A DNA stretch of 63,896 bases, counting the filler, from Neolecta irregularis DAH-3 (taxonomy: Eukaryota): assembly GCA_001929475.1 (NCBI GenBank). It is 14 parts of 14 records of this genome, joined end to end, with 100 filler letters (N's around TTAATTAATTAA, not from the genome) between each part and the next. Parts side by side here need not be neighbours in the genome. Positions count along the whole stretch, not along the records: positions 22,751 to 30,439 come from LXFE01001141.1; positions 30,540 to 35,034 come from LXFE01001148.1; positions 35,135 to 41,004 come from LXFE01001150.1; 11 more parts are not named here. One strand, written 5' to 3'. How positions within the stretch are numbered: the stretch's first letter is position 1; the number at the start of each line of letters is the position of its first letter. Below, in pieces: positions 25,079 through 38,637 of this stretch. The translations under genes were made by a program, and so were the position numbers. The notes below the pieces were generated by a model that made no database searches, was not told where the DNA came from, and saw only the letters and a program-made list of their open reading frames with translations.

Positions 25079-26127
25079 AGTACGCAATTATTCGCCCAGA
25101 CTATTGCTGATTTCATCAGTGAGTGTTGTCAATGTCCTTCAAGTCAAGGTATTAAACAATCCCGCTCCGTTCAGCGCGCCATATGAATTCGAAATTACAT
25201 TTGAATGTCTCGAGAAGCTGCAGCACGGTATCTCGGCTTGTTTTTGCTTCCACCACTTACACCTATAGATCTTGAATGGAAGCTCACCTATGTCGGCAGT
25301 GCGGCTTCGACACTGCATGATCAGGTTCTCGATTCGCTTCTAGTAGGCCCAATACCCATCGGAGTCAATAAATTCGTGTTCTCTGCCGACCCACCTGCGA
25401 CTAGCAAGATTCCACTGGCTGACGTTCTTGGTGTTACAGTCATCCTCCTGACCTGTACATATGATGAACGCGAATTCGTTCGAATTGGTTACTACGTAAA
25501 TAACGAATACGAAAGCGAGGAATTACGGGAAAACCCTCCGGAGAAACCCATCCTAGAAAAGATGCAACGGAACATTCTTGCCGAGAAGCCCAGAGTAACC
25601 AGAGTCAACATCAAGTGGTACGAATGCATTGTTGGGTGCATGACTGACTTTAGGGACAATGTCGCTGAGACCGACGAATTCCCGCCTGAGCAACCTTTTG
25701 CCGATGAAATGGAAGATGACGAGGAGAAATATGGTGCTGAAGAGAAGGTTGAAGAAGATCCTCACGATGTTGACCGAGAAGACGTTGCGGATAAGATGGA
25801 AACCGACGAACCAGGTATAGGTGCCACTGTAACTACTCATTAACGCCGACAGTTGCCTCTGTTAGCGTCACTACTGCTCTAGTTGAAGGTAAACCGCAAA
25901 CATTCTTGGTTTATACTGATATCCTAGAGCCCGTGAGTGATAATGCTGAAGAAGACCTTGAAGGTGAATCTTCAGAGGAAGACCTTGAAGCAGATGAAGA
26001 ATTGGATGGAGAAGAAGAAGTTGACAGAGACGACAACATGAAGGAAAATATCCCAGAAACCAACACAAATGAAAAGGGGAAGGCCGTCGAGACCGAAAAC
26101 CAGGCTACTGGCACGATTATTGCTTGA
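25079..26127 (+). CDS. ASF1: Histone chaperone Asf1; ATG split by intron 25080-25119; acidic tail over several exons
   Basis: (M)[84 protein letters not shown]. Confidence 0.97.
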
Positions 26128-26212
26128 GACAAACTTTTTATCTTATTTTGTACCAAAAGTATGAAAGATAGCATGATAACCACGTTACTATACTATATAG
26201 ATACTACGACTC

Positions 26213-27621
26213 TTATACAGGATTCCTAAATTCCGCGATTTTATCGAATGGAAGAACAAAGATTGGATGGAGCTGGGTCACCTCATTCTCTGGAATAATT
26301 AATCGTTCTGTGGTTCTTCGTGCAGACCATTGAAGTGCGCAAACACCAGGTTTAGAAGACGCTGTCTCATCATGGTTATAGTCGGTTTGTGACACCGAGA
26401 GACCAGCTAGAGCATAACATGAATGGTAGAAGTCAGGGTTCCTGTGCTTGGTTAATCAAGGTCTAATGGTACGTACTCACTTCCCAGGTTTATCTCTCAA
26501 TCCACCCTTGTTACTTTGGCAACAAGATAAGACATACTTTTCTAATCCAGCTTAATTGTGAGTTTTGTTCAAGAGTGCAACCAGTACCTCGATTCCAAAT
26601 GGGTGTGTCCTGGTATTCCAGTGCTGCTTCCACAAGAGGAAAGCATCCGCCTACCCACCAGCTATAACATCCATCAACCAGCTTATTTGTCCGTCCAGAG
26701 AATCCTCCTTCATATGGTAATTGACGAGCCATCATCCAGCGCTAAATTATTAGACATGTGAACGTATTGCCAACACACCATGAAGGCATCGAGATTAAGA
26801 TGCTTTGGTAAAACATCTTTGGGGGGTCCGAGAATACATAAGGCAGCAAGGACGCAAAATGAATAGCCCGCATGGGCTTCTGCGCCAGGCCTTGGAGCCA
26901 TTCCCCCTTCAAAAGATTGACAATGACCAAGCCATTCTGCTGTTCCGGCAGTAAGTTCAGGTGTCAGCATGTTGAGATGAGTGGCAATAGTCAACGCGCA
27001 ATATACAGCACTTTTCTGATCAGTATATGATAGTACGTAGGGTATACCGAGCATCGATTTCACCTCCATGGTGCATTTTGAAGCTGCCGTCCGGTTGCTT
27101 GAGAGACAATATCCATTTATACATGACATCTCGATCGAAGATTTCCAAGGTTTTGTTCCCTCCAACGAGAATTAGTGCATTAATTGCTGCATATGTCGGT
27201 GCCAGATGTCCAATCTGTCCGAAATTCCCTCCAAACCCACCATTCGGATGCCAAGTTGTTTTCAATGTCAATAACACCCTGGATTTATTAATGGAGCAGA
27301 TTAGGGGGTGAGACCTATCCCGGTATTGCTCCATGTCAACTCCTAATGTTGTTAGGGATCCCAAGATCCAGTAAATTATCCATGGGCGAGAGGCATCAAG
27401 AACAGTATATCTTTCCGGGAGTACCCCCAATCCTTTCTCTAGCCATGCGATATGCATCTTTCGTTCCAGCTTGGGAATATCGTCATTTAAATACGGATGA
27501 CATACCGCTTCTGTATCCGCCTTTGGATTAACGATCATCTCAGTTTCTGACTGAGTACCTGGGCCACCGAAGTAGCGGTTATGAGATTATCGAGAACAAA
27601 TATGGGATATTTTTGAAGCAT
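26213..27621 (-). CDS. RAM1: Protein farnesyltransferase beta subunit, multi-exon
   Basis: LDASRPWIIYW, GHLAPTYAA, GGEIDAR, CQSFEGG..EAHAGYSFC, GGFSGRTNKLVDGCYSWW, GLRDKPG..PDFYHSCYAL. Confidence 0.96.
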
Positions 27622-27924
27622 GTCGATAATTTTTGGATTTTGGAACAAATTTCCAGGTCTTTCGGGATTTCAATAGGACAGAATGCGCTTAATTTTAAAC
27701 CAAGTATAACGAACAATACGATTCAAGAAGTGGCGTAGAGGTCTGGTTCCAGCTTGAGATAAGTATTTGGATCCTTGGAACTGGATGGGGGGGATGGCGA
27801 CTGAGGATGAGTTACAATTGCAGCATAAGCAATGATTGAGAAAACTCTACTGCCTTACCCGACACTTTCCTTTATATTGGCTCTTTGTTTGGCGAGGCTA
27901 AATGAGAAGAATGATAATGGATAT

Positions 27925-28136
27925 GCAAGCGTTTACCCTTTGGGATACCTTACCATTACGGAAGGAGGCTTGCCATAATATTGCGGTAATTAAATTTGTA
28001 TTATATAACGTAGATAGGTGCTCATACCTAGCCAAGTCCAAGTTACTTAGGCTAGGTATGTCTGCGAAAAGTCCAAGTTGCTTAGGCTAGTTTCGACAAA
28101 CCTAGTCTTATTCGTACTCGGGCTTCAATACTTACA
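27925..28136 (+). mobile_element. Diverged copy of LTR-like family L1 (5' limit approximate)
   Basis: tacctagcc..ttaggctaggtatgtc..ttaggctag..gtcttatt..cttaca. Confidence 0.5.
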
Positions 28137-28679
28137 GGATATCTGAAACCAACAAAGCAACTTCCTTTTGGCGTGATCAAGCCTAAATATGGAACATTTC
28201 CATCAAAGCATCTAGAAATGAGTCCAGACTGGGAATCTTTCTTTTGTCCTAGTAGTTCTTGCGGGCAAGGATTCGAGCTGCGGTGTGGATACATCTAGCT
28301 AGCCCCACACAGCAGATCCGGCCTATCAGCAGAGTTTCCCAGCTTAAATGGGCGTAGCATGCTCAGAAGAGAAGCCGAACCGCGAGTAGGCCAGATGAAG
28401 AATGGGTATAAGCAGATTGCGTATCAGAATAAGAGTTGTTATTTCCACTTGAAGACTACTCTGCGCGGATACCCAATCCGAGTCTCATACGTGAAGGCGG
28501 ACCACCGATGTTTACACCTCATATACGAGCAATTGAGCTGTAAAACCTATGCTTCTAGTAGTCGAAATTGCTAGTATACCATGCTAATTTAGTTCTTACA
28601 CTACCAACATATTTTAAGCATTGACGTCATCTATCTCATTTTCTTGATATAAACTGACTATTATCTCTTGAGCATAGTC

Positions 28680-30058
28680 ATGGATCCCAAAGTACCTGTA
28701 AAGAGGCCTTCTATCTCGCATATATGGTGGTCAAACGCAACCCTCTTCTGCGTTATCCATATCATTGGCTTGGCGGTATTTAAAACCTCAATCCACAACT
28801 ACAAACCAGTTTTGCTGTTGTATTTGAATTGGCAATTCGCTACCCTGGGGTTTGATTTGCTTCTTGGTCATTCAATCAATAATCCCTGCTAGAATTACAA
28901 TCGGATATCACCGTTTATGGTCACATCGTTCTTTCGAGGCACGACTTCCTTTGCGAATCATTCTTGCTTGTGCGGGTACCCTGGGGTTTCAGGGAAGTAT
29001 CAAGTGGTGGGTCCTGCGTCATCGTATCTCATGATTTTATTCCACATTTTGAAGTATCAAGGACTTCATCATCGTTTCACAGATAGTATAACATCAGATC
29101 CTTATGCGGCTTCTCGGGGCCTCTTTTTCAGTCATATGGGATGGATTTTTCGAAAGACTCAGTACGAGAAACTCAAACTAATAAATCAATCAGACTTGAA
29201 TGCAGATCCCGTTGTTCGATTCCAACACAAATATTTTATTCCTTTGGCAATCATATCAGGCCTTCTTGTACCTACAATTATCGGTTATTACTGGATTGGG
29301 GGAATATATGGTGCTTGGACCGGATATCTCTATGGAGGGATACTAGCGAGAATCGCAGTTTGGCATTGCACATTTTTGATCAATTCGTTGGCACACTATA
29401 TAGGAGAAAGAGTCTACGCGTTAGATGTCTCCGCCAGAGGGACTTTTCTGCTAGCGTTTTTAACAAATGGAATGGTCCCCTTCTCAAATAGCGCTGATCT
29501 GGTCAGGTGAAGGATACCACAACTTTCACGTATAAATATAGATCTTTCTAGACTAACTGATACAGCATACATTTCCCTACGACTATAGAAACGGAATAAA
29601 ACCACTGGACTGGGATCCTACAAAAGTATATTTTCAGAGTGACGAAACTGATTAGAAAGTGGATCATATGGCTCCTTCATACCTGGACAGACCAAATTCC
29701 TATCATCAAGAAGGCAAAAGACGAAGATATCTTGAAAGCTCGAGCAAGAGTAACCCTCGAAAAAGCTCATGAATTATACGATCAACTCTATCCTCAATGT
29801 GAAAAGATTATGCCTCGATTCACAAAAGATGAAGCATTACACGCGTTCAAGGATAAACATGTGCTTCTTCTCGATAGTTATATCATCAATGTCGATGGAT
29901 TTGCGAGTCAACATCCAGGTGGAGAGAAACTAATTGTCGGGTATTTTGGTAAAGATGCTACCAAAGCCTTTTCTCTCTTGAATCACCACTCTTCTCACGC
30001 TCAGTCTCTTGTGAAAGAACGAAGGATAGCCAAAATCGTTGACTTAGTGGAAGCTTGA
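28680..30058 (+). CDS. OLE1: Delta-9 acyl-CoA desaturase with C-terminal cytochrome b5, multi-exon
   Basis: His boxes YHRLWSHRS, HR.HHRFTD, GEGYHNFHH.FPYDYRNG; FFSHMGW; HPGG heme motif. Confidence 0.92.
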
Positions 30059-30383
30059 AAACATAATTTCCTTTTTTTGTGCAAAATTTAGAAACATAGC
30101 AGATGACTGAGGGCGCGTTTAGTAGCACCATCAAAATAATTTCGTTAGATCAGAAAACGTGAAATTTATCGCATAATTCCAAAAAACCCCATTTTCAGTC
30201 TCGCAAATCTTTACAAAATCGCAATTCCTTGTCTTGTCACTGGTCTTTTTTCAATCAACCCACAGGAAAGTACTAGACCTGGTGGCGCTAAGTTTGTCGT
30301 CTATCTTTTGTAAACTAGCTAAATCAACTTGTCTGATATATTATTGACCGAATTCTGACCGAAAATAAAAAAGAAAAGAAAAA

Positions 30384-30439
30384 ATGCATTACCCGGGATT
30401 CTCACGTGGTCACCCACCGCAATACTAACCAGGCTCTTC
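30384..30439 (-). rRNA. 5S rRNA, 3' half (rest lost in gap)
   Basis: Reverse complement GAAGAGCCTGGTTAGTATTGCGGTGGGTGACCACGTGAGAATCCCGGGTAATGCAT followed by oligo-T, matching the eukaryotic 5S C-box/helix region and a Pol III terminator. Confidence 0.88.
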
Positions 30440-30539
30440 NNNNNNNNNNNNNNNNNNNNNNNNNNNNNNNNNNNNNNNNNNNNTTAATTAATTAANNNNN
30501 NNNNNNNNNNNNNNNNNNNNNNNNNNNNNNNNNNNNNNN

Positions 30540-31538
<999 letters not shown>

Positions 31539-32248
31539 GGTAGGAACTTGTGCGAAATGCTATACTATCTAGTTGACGTCTGATCAAAGACCGAGGATAA
31601 CGTGATCTCTGATTAGGCAGACCAAATCCAACCTTTGCCAAGTTCGAATCTTGTCCATTCATCTATGATCAACTTGTATAGGTAACCTCTGTCACAGACA
31701 AGGTTTCAAATATTGTGTTGGGATTTCCCGAGTATCAAACCGATAATTAACAGAGCGATTTCCTCAAACTATATTTCGTCTCTGTTTCCACAATAAGTTA
31801 TCTCCATCTAAGTAACTATTTAGTGGTGTATAATGAACAACACTAACTCATTTCCAAAATAATCCAAAGATCCGTTCGAATCTGATTTCAATCAGTTCGA
31901 CATATGACATCCTGGAACCTTCCTATAGGAAACTTTGCAACCTGATCTAATTCTACCATAGGAATTCTAGACCTGCATGCTCACAGCCATCAACCTTTTA
32001 TAACATTCCCGGTTTACATGCAGCAAGCAATCTGTGAGAATGGTGTTTCGCCAAGGTTGCCAACCCAAAATAGAAGGCTCATAAACACCTGAACAAGCAT
32101 GGAATATGCGGACTTCCGCCATCATATACTGCTGCATTTACAAAGTCTGCATTAGCTTGTTCATCATCCTTTTCCGCTCATTTTGCATAATCTACATTGT
32201 CAGGAAATATATGAAGGCTAGCTGTTCGCCTCCTTGGGGGGTCCTACA

Positions 32249-32693
32249 ATGCAGTTCAATGTCCTTTTCCTCTTTGCTCTCTTTGTTTCTGGTATACCCC
32301 TTTCCATAGACGTACTTGGCCAAGTATTTCCCCATTCCCGTCACTATATACTATTTACATCAAGCCTCATCAGCTGCCCTACCGCTTCCGTCGTTTCCGT
32401 CTTTGGTAAGGATATACTCGAGTGTATATCCTTACACTCATCTGTAGAAAATTCTCTGAACGATAATAGTCTTTTGAACCGAGAGACAAGGCCTGATAAC
32501 ATTGTAAAAAGATCTCCATTCAAATTGTAACCCAGCTTTAAAAAGAACCTTTGGAACATTAAATTTTGTTTTCAGTGTTGCTGCACTTCAACCATTGTTT
32601 CTTGGGAAACCCGCTCTTGGAATCACTCAGAAAGCTACTGTCTCCTTTTTGTCGATCCACTTACAAACATCAAAATTTTGAGGTGTATTTAGT
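32249..32693 (+). CDS. Putative small secreted pre-pro-protein, multi-exon; model uncertain
   Basis: Signal-like MQFNVLFLFALFVS; several GT..AG short introns; VKR-SPF dibasic site. Confidence 0.4.
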
Positions 32694-33353
32694 ATTTCTT
32701 TGCTATTGATTGGAAGAATAAAATGGTCGCTTAGATGACGTTACATTCGTGATTTCTTTCAATCGCCCCGAGTCATGTCTTGAAAATAACATTTGTTTCA
32801 AGGGATATGAGGGGAAATTCTATTGAACATCTCGAAGCCAAAATAGTCATAAATATCTACGAAAAAAGACAGCGTACTTGTTAGCCGAAGGAGGGCGAAA
32901 TAACTAGATGTGTTTCCAATGTACACCGTTTTCAATATTTTTTGGGTCTTTCAGGGATAACTGATTATTCCTTTCTAGATCATCTTTATTCCCATACGAG
33001 AAACGACTAGGATCTGGTATTCACTGGAGTAACTGGGTAAACCGGTACAAGTAAACCCAAAAAACTGAGAGCCAAGCCCCCTTCTTCCGACCAGTAGTTG
33101 GGAATGAAAACCCTACAAACCAAAGTGGAGAGTGAAGCCTCCTACGGACTACAAAGAATGGAACCATTCTTTGGCAATTTGTTCTTGAATCATCTAACAA
33201 GTTATACAAATAGCCGTGGAATGGGGACTTTAGGCCATCAAGGCCTGTTGAAATCGTCTAGACCGATTTGCATGCATCGAAATTACCAAAACAATTGTGG
33301 GACGCCATTGTGGTCCATAACCACTGAAACTGAAGTTTTATTTGCAGAAGCTA

Positions 33354-34689
33354 CTACTTAAGATTCGCCTCTCGAGCACGTCTTTCAGCGGTAGTTTTTT
33401 CGCTAGCAATGCGAATAGCCCAGGTAGCTTCATAAGTCTTCATCGCGTCTTCGAAACTTGATAAAATGGAACTATGATCGCCGGTCTCAACAGCTTCAAT
33501 CAGGGTTGCAATTTCCCCAAAATATGGATCATCGTCAGGAAAATCGTATCTCTCGTCATTGTCACTGCCAGGAGAACGGACGAGAAGAGTTGGTGAGGTA
33601 TAGAGATCCTGAAGACGAAGTCGAAACCCATCGGCAAAGATATCAATCCCGGTATCGTATTTATCGCCGTGCAAGGAAACAACATGTTGTATATGACCCA
33701 CCGCTCCTGAAATAAACTTCCAGACTGCAGTAGTGGCGCGTGGAATTCGTTGACCTGGAGGAATCGCCGACTCGTTGGCGGAGATTTTGCTCAAGACACC
33801 TGGTTTTTCGTCGTGTTCGACTGCGTGTGCCAAGACGGTGTCGAGATCTATTTCGCCACCGATAAAACGACATAAATCGACTACAATTAGAGTTTCAAGG
33901 CTTGGGTTGGATATATACCAAAATGAGTTGCCTGTTCGACAATAGGACCGCATGCTCCATTCTTATCCCACCAAAAGTTCTTGGCGATATCTGGATACGT
34001 AGGAGCGTAACTTGCGCTTATCGCAATGATCTTTAACTTGTGATCCTCAATAATTTGTTTGGCCTGGCTAACAACTTTGAGATAACGAAGCATGTACCCT
34101 ACACTAACAATATGATTCCTGGTTTTAAGATAGTTATGCAGAGCTTTAGTGTCTGAAACCGAGGCTGTTGAGATGGGTTTTTCGATGAACATCGCAATGT
34201 GGGGGAATGCTTCACTCAAAAGCTGCTCGGCGTTTCGACTGGGGAGAAGACAACCGTGGAACAGCGGGGGAATACCAATGATGGCTATCTTTGGTACAAT
34301 GCCAGATTTCTAAAAGCCTGAATTTTTAAAGGCTAAGGTGCAGGTACTTTAGCAGCGTCGATAAACTGCTCAATGTTTGAATGCATTTCCGTACCACGAT
34401 AAGCCGACTCAACGAAACTTGCGCGTTTGATCTTCAATACGGATTCTGAAGTTTGGATGGAGGGATCAACGATGCATGTAACATTTAGCCGTGGCCCAAG
34501 TTTGTGCTCGAAGCGGAAAGAGTGATTCCATGGACCCTCGACAGAGCCGAAATTGATGCCTCCTGCACCGAGAAACACAACTGGAAACTCGGCGCCGCCT
34601 ACAGGAGGCGGCTGCCGGTCCATTGCAAAATTCGAATCGAGAGTCGACTGACGACGTAAAGGGGCTCGAGCAGGAAACCGGCCGGTCAT
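33354..34689 (-). CDS. Gfo/Idh/MocA-family NAD(P) oxidoreductase (YMR315W-like), multi-exon
   Basis: VFLGAGGINFGSVEGPWNHSFRFEHKLGPRL, MFIEKPIS, SVGYMLRYL, GPIVEQATHF, ILSSFEDAMKTYE.TWAIR. Confidence 0.92.
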
Positions 34690-35134
34690 TGTTGGAAAAG
34701 AAAAAACAGCAGATAGTCAGGTATTTATATACGAAAAAGAATCAATCAGTGCAGGTTTTTGCTATTCTTCCTGTTTATTTCGGTAGATCCGAGTCGCTTC
34801 GAAATGGAAGTTGGTAATCTGCTGCGTTTGTGTCGGGATTCCCGGAACCCCTACAGCCACCAGGGACAAATAACCACTGCCACCGGCAAGCCAAGTGATG
34901 ACATCCTCAAAGCGGGATAGATCTCTCAATCCGCAAAAAGAGCTAGGAAGTTCAACAAGGAAGTCAGTCGCATCCCTACCAAAGAGGGTGGCAATACCGA
35001 TGACACGCGATCGATCTCTCTGTCCGTAAGAAGANNNNNNNNNNNNNNNNNNNNNNNNNNNNNNNNNNNNNNNNNNNNTTAATTAATTAANNNNNNNNNN
35101 NNNNNNNNNNNNNNNNNNNNNNNNNNNNNNNNNN

Positions 35135-35293
35135 TGACTAGCAGAGGGACTTTAATCGTGTAAATTGATTATAAACGTAGTTACCTTCACTCAAAGTAGC
35201 CGCTTTACGATCAACATACCAACCTAAGTCCACGAGCGACAAAAAGGAACACCTGAACGCTCACATATATCCTCTTGATCGTTAGAATATCAC
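35135..35293 (+). mobile_element. LTR 3' fragment related to 46015-46363
   Basis: tgactagcag.ggg.ctttaa.cg..agttac.t.c....aaagta.c similar to 46240-46303. Confidence 0.55.
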
Positions 35294-35300
35294 GGGACCT

Positions 35301-35642
35301 TCAGATTGGAACGCCTTCGAAAGAAATCTTTCCTAGATCCAAATTCCTTACTGAAGTTTTCGCTTGATTAGGTGATTGATTGTCCTCTTGACTCTCTGTG
35401 GGACTTTCAAGTTGACCCGGGAGATTGTCAAGTAACCAAGAAAACATTTCAAGTCCGTTGGTGACGACTCTGGGCTGAAGGTCCTCTGTGATACTTGAAT
35501 CGCAGGTTGGTGAAGCACACAAAGATTCAATACTGGGCATCATTCTCACGGCATGGATTCCCACAAGGGAGCCGAGTAGTAAAGTCCTGCGAGCCTCAGT
35601 GATAGCCAATAATCAAAAGGTGCAGTACAGCTTAAATAGCAT
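35301..35642 (-). pseudogene. Possible small secreted-protein pseudogene
   Basis: MLFKLYCTF*LLAITEA signal-like N-terminus interrupted by TGA at 35613-35615. Confidence 0.3.
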
Positions 35643-36423
35643 GTTGATATACAGCTGCAAATTGCTAGAAAAGAGATGGATATTGCCTCCTTTTTAAATC
35701 TCAATAATGTTCCAAAGATCAATGTGGCGCAAATAAGATATTTCGGATTTGAAAAGATTGATTAAAGGTGATCTAAAACTTATCCGAAACTCGATCTGAA
35801 GAACTACAGTCGAACCTGGCTATAGGGAAACTCAGTACAACGAATTCCTCATAATGAACCCCACTGGTTTCCAAAATTAATTAGTATGAGATTTTTCTAT
35901 CATGATAGTACGAATCCGCCTTATTATCGACACCCTTGAACTCCACCTTCGTTATCAGTAGACATTCATTATAATCAGGTTCGACTGTAGGATACATCCA
36001 GAACAACCACCACAAGACGAGCTGGGTAAGATAGATTTTATTTCCCAATATCTAGACCTTCCACTCTATTTCTTGTTTCCTGTCATAGTCTGCGTGAAGA
36101 TACATTGATATACAATAGAACAGAACATAACTCTTCCCAATAGCCGCCCGTACCAATGAATTGCTGAGACAAGAAAGAAATTCAGAACCAAGGCAATGGT
36201 GCCTTAACGAAATGGATCACTTTAATATGTAATCATTCACAGATCAGATCGATTCATGCATTTGGGTGCAAAAGGGCCATTTATCGAGGTCCACTTTTGG
36301 CCTTCAGGCCCGATATATGAGAGGAGAAAAGTGCCTGTAGGGAAATGTGACAGTTTGACAGTGAATGGAACAGATGACATGTGAAACTCAACGCCCGCAG
36401 ACATTTGCAAAAATTACAAATCC

Positions 36424-37178
36424 TTATGAAATGAACCTCAGATATGCTTTTATATTAGATAGATTCAGAAAAAAGCATATACCCAGAAATAATGCGCCGA
36501 AACTAGCTCCCACGCCTATACATGTTACTTGCGTTGAAGATTGAAGTCTTTACCAAATAACCACTGCAACACCTGCGTCTTCATTTGTTCCAATTGCATT
36601 CGCAAATTGTGCATTTCTGTCTCAATTCTTGTATCCGTCTCTTTGATTTTTAGTTCGTGCACACTACTCTCATCTCGAATTCGACCCTTCTCCAAGTTCA
36701 AGTCTAACCGCACATTCGCTTGCGTCTTTGTGATTTCTTCGCGGAATTTCTGACGCAATTTTTCAAGATCGGAGGATAATCTATCATATTCTGTTTTGGT
36801 TAAATTGAACTCTGTCTTTTCGAGAGTTTGGAGATCGGAACGTAGTTTGGCAAAATCTACTTTTTGTGTATACGTAGTCTAAGAATCGTTAGGCTATATT
36901 CTCTGGTTTCTGGCTGAGATATGGTATACCTTATCTTGCTCTTCCTTCGTTACAAAACTTCGTTTGAGGGTAGCCATCCTGTCAAGTAAGCAGGTATTGA
37001 GGCTTCGCTAGACAGACGATTCCTCGATAACCTCACTGAGCGCTAGCATAACTGTTTTACTTTGAAGAGGCGTGAATCCTTCATTTTCCAACCTCTTGAC
37101 GAATTTTAGGGTATCGAAATTATATCCTCCGAGTATTCTGCCAGATGAAAAAATCCGACGCAATAAGAGGGTGGTCAT
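36424..37178 (-). CDS. DUF1640/CCDC90 (MCUR1/Fmp32-like) mitochondrial coiled-coil protein, multi-exon
   Basis: YNFDTLKFVKRLENEGF, YTQKVDFAKLRS, REEITKTQANVRLDLNLEKGRIR, LQWLFGV...YLRF. Confidence 0.9.
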
Positions 37179-37559
37179 GTTTCTAAAATCCAACCCACCC
37201 CAAGCCGGAACCATAAACCATAAAATGATACCAGGTATCTCGTGAAAAAGCGCTCGACTCGCAATCTTGAATCAGTAGAAGGTTCTATGGGCACTCCATG
37301 GTTGATTTGATTTTATCCTACTTTCAAAACTTTCTCTTCCAATGATAACCTGCAACAAATTTTGCTATCCAATGATTGTCAAAGGAAACGGGATCAAGAA
37401 AACTGAATTAGAATGAATTACCTCACCTCTCGAGCTTGAATTGGCTGACTAAAGTTTGAAAGAAATTGTAATCAACGCTGTTTAGTTTATCTGAAGAGTA
37501 CCTCGTCCCATTTTTGACAGAGATAAGCGATCATAGAACACTCATTGATATATACATAA

Positions 37560-38525
37560 CTAATCACGTTCAGCGATGGCTTGTAATCTCTCATCGATCT
37601 CCTCTTCAGATAAAACTCTAAACCCCTCCTTGGTAGCAACACCAACTTCAACTTCCCCTCTCTTGAACTCTGCAGATAACACACTCATCAGCGTACTCAA
37701 ACCCAGGTCTATTGTATCGACAACTGTTTCCGGTTCGCCTTTTTTGTACTTTTTCTCTAGATAGTTTGAGATATCTTGCGCTTTGGGACCCGTCGCACAG
37801 CCTAGGTATCCAGTGTAATAACCCGCAGGATCCACTTTAAACAATTGGGGGCCAAATTCCTCGTCATGTGAAACCAAAGTAATCGCTAAATGATCAAGGC
37901 AAGATTGTGTAGAGAAAGTTACCAACGCCAAGCGGTCTCATTGCTGCTCTTTGAGTGTAAACTTGATTTATTGTTGCCAGTCTTTTGGCGAGTACGTCAC
38001 AAGGCTGATTCGGATTAGTTTTGCCCCGTATTCATCATACCATCTCGTATCCGTTCTCGTATCTAAATTTTGCGGCTTCACTTCTTGCTCGAGTTACGCT
38101 AGCACGGGCGTCGGCTTCGAGTTAGAGTGCAGAGTGCAAGTGACGAGATACCAATTGAGCCGGTCATAATTACACCGACATGAGAGTTGATTTTGAAGAT
38201 GTGGGTTACTGTTTTAGGATCAATTAGTTTGTCCTTGGGAGGTATTAGCATGCAAAGAGAGTTCTGGTGGAGGCAGGAGAAGACGGAATCAACGAAATAC
38301 ATAGCACCGTCCGGCCGCCCTAGGGAAATGCAAATGGCAAAGAAGATTTAAACATACCTCTACTTTCTTTTGTCCCACGACAACCGAGCCGTTCTTTCCT
38401 CTCACGCCCAGACATGTAATCCCACTGGCGGTGATGGCTTTGAATGCGTATTCGACCTGGTATAACCTGCCCTCTGGCGAAAAGATAGTGATCATACGAT
38501 CGTAAGCGGACTGTGTGCGGGACAT
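37560..38525 (-). CDS. SCL1: 20S proteasome subunit alpha-1, multi-exon
   Basis: [55 protein letters not shown]. Confidence 0.96.
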
Positions 38526-38637
38526 GGCAGGCGACTAGTGCAGAATTGAGTGTATGTGCTGGTTGGACTTTAGGGTTGGAGATGGAAACGTCACGTTTGA
38601 AGACCACATTACCACTCTCCCAAACTACTTTTCAACG

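Noticed and set aside
28258..28330. tRNA T-arm-like sequence (reverse complement GCAGCTCGAATCCTTGC)
   Set aside because: No complete cloverleaf or A-box; at most a SINE/tRNA relic
28622..28629. TGACGTCA (CRE/ATF site) upstream of OLE1, also at 44646
   Set aside because: Two 8-mer hits in 64 kb is near chance expectation
38526..38637. Very short divergent promoter between SCL1 and ABD1 (also dehydrogenase/SSL1)
   Set aside because: Ordinary for a compact fungal genome
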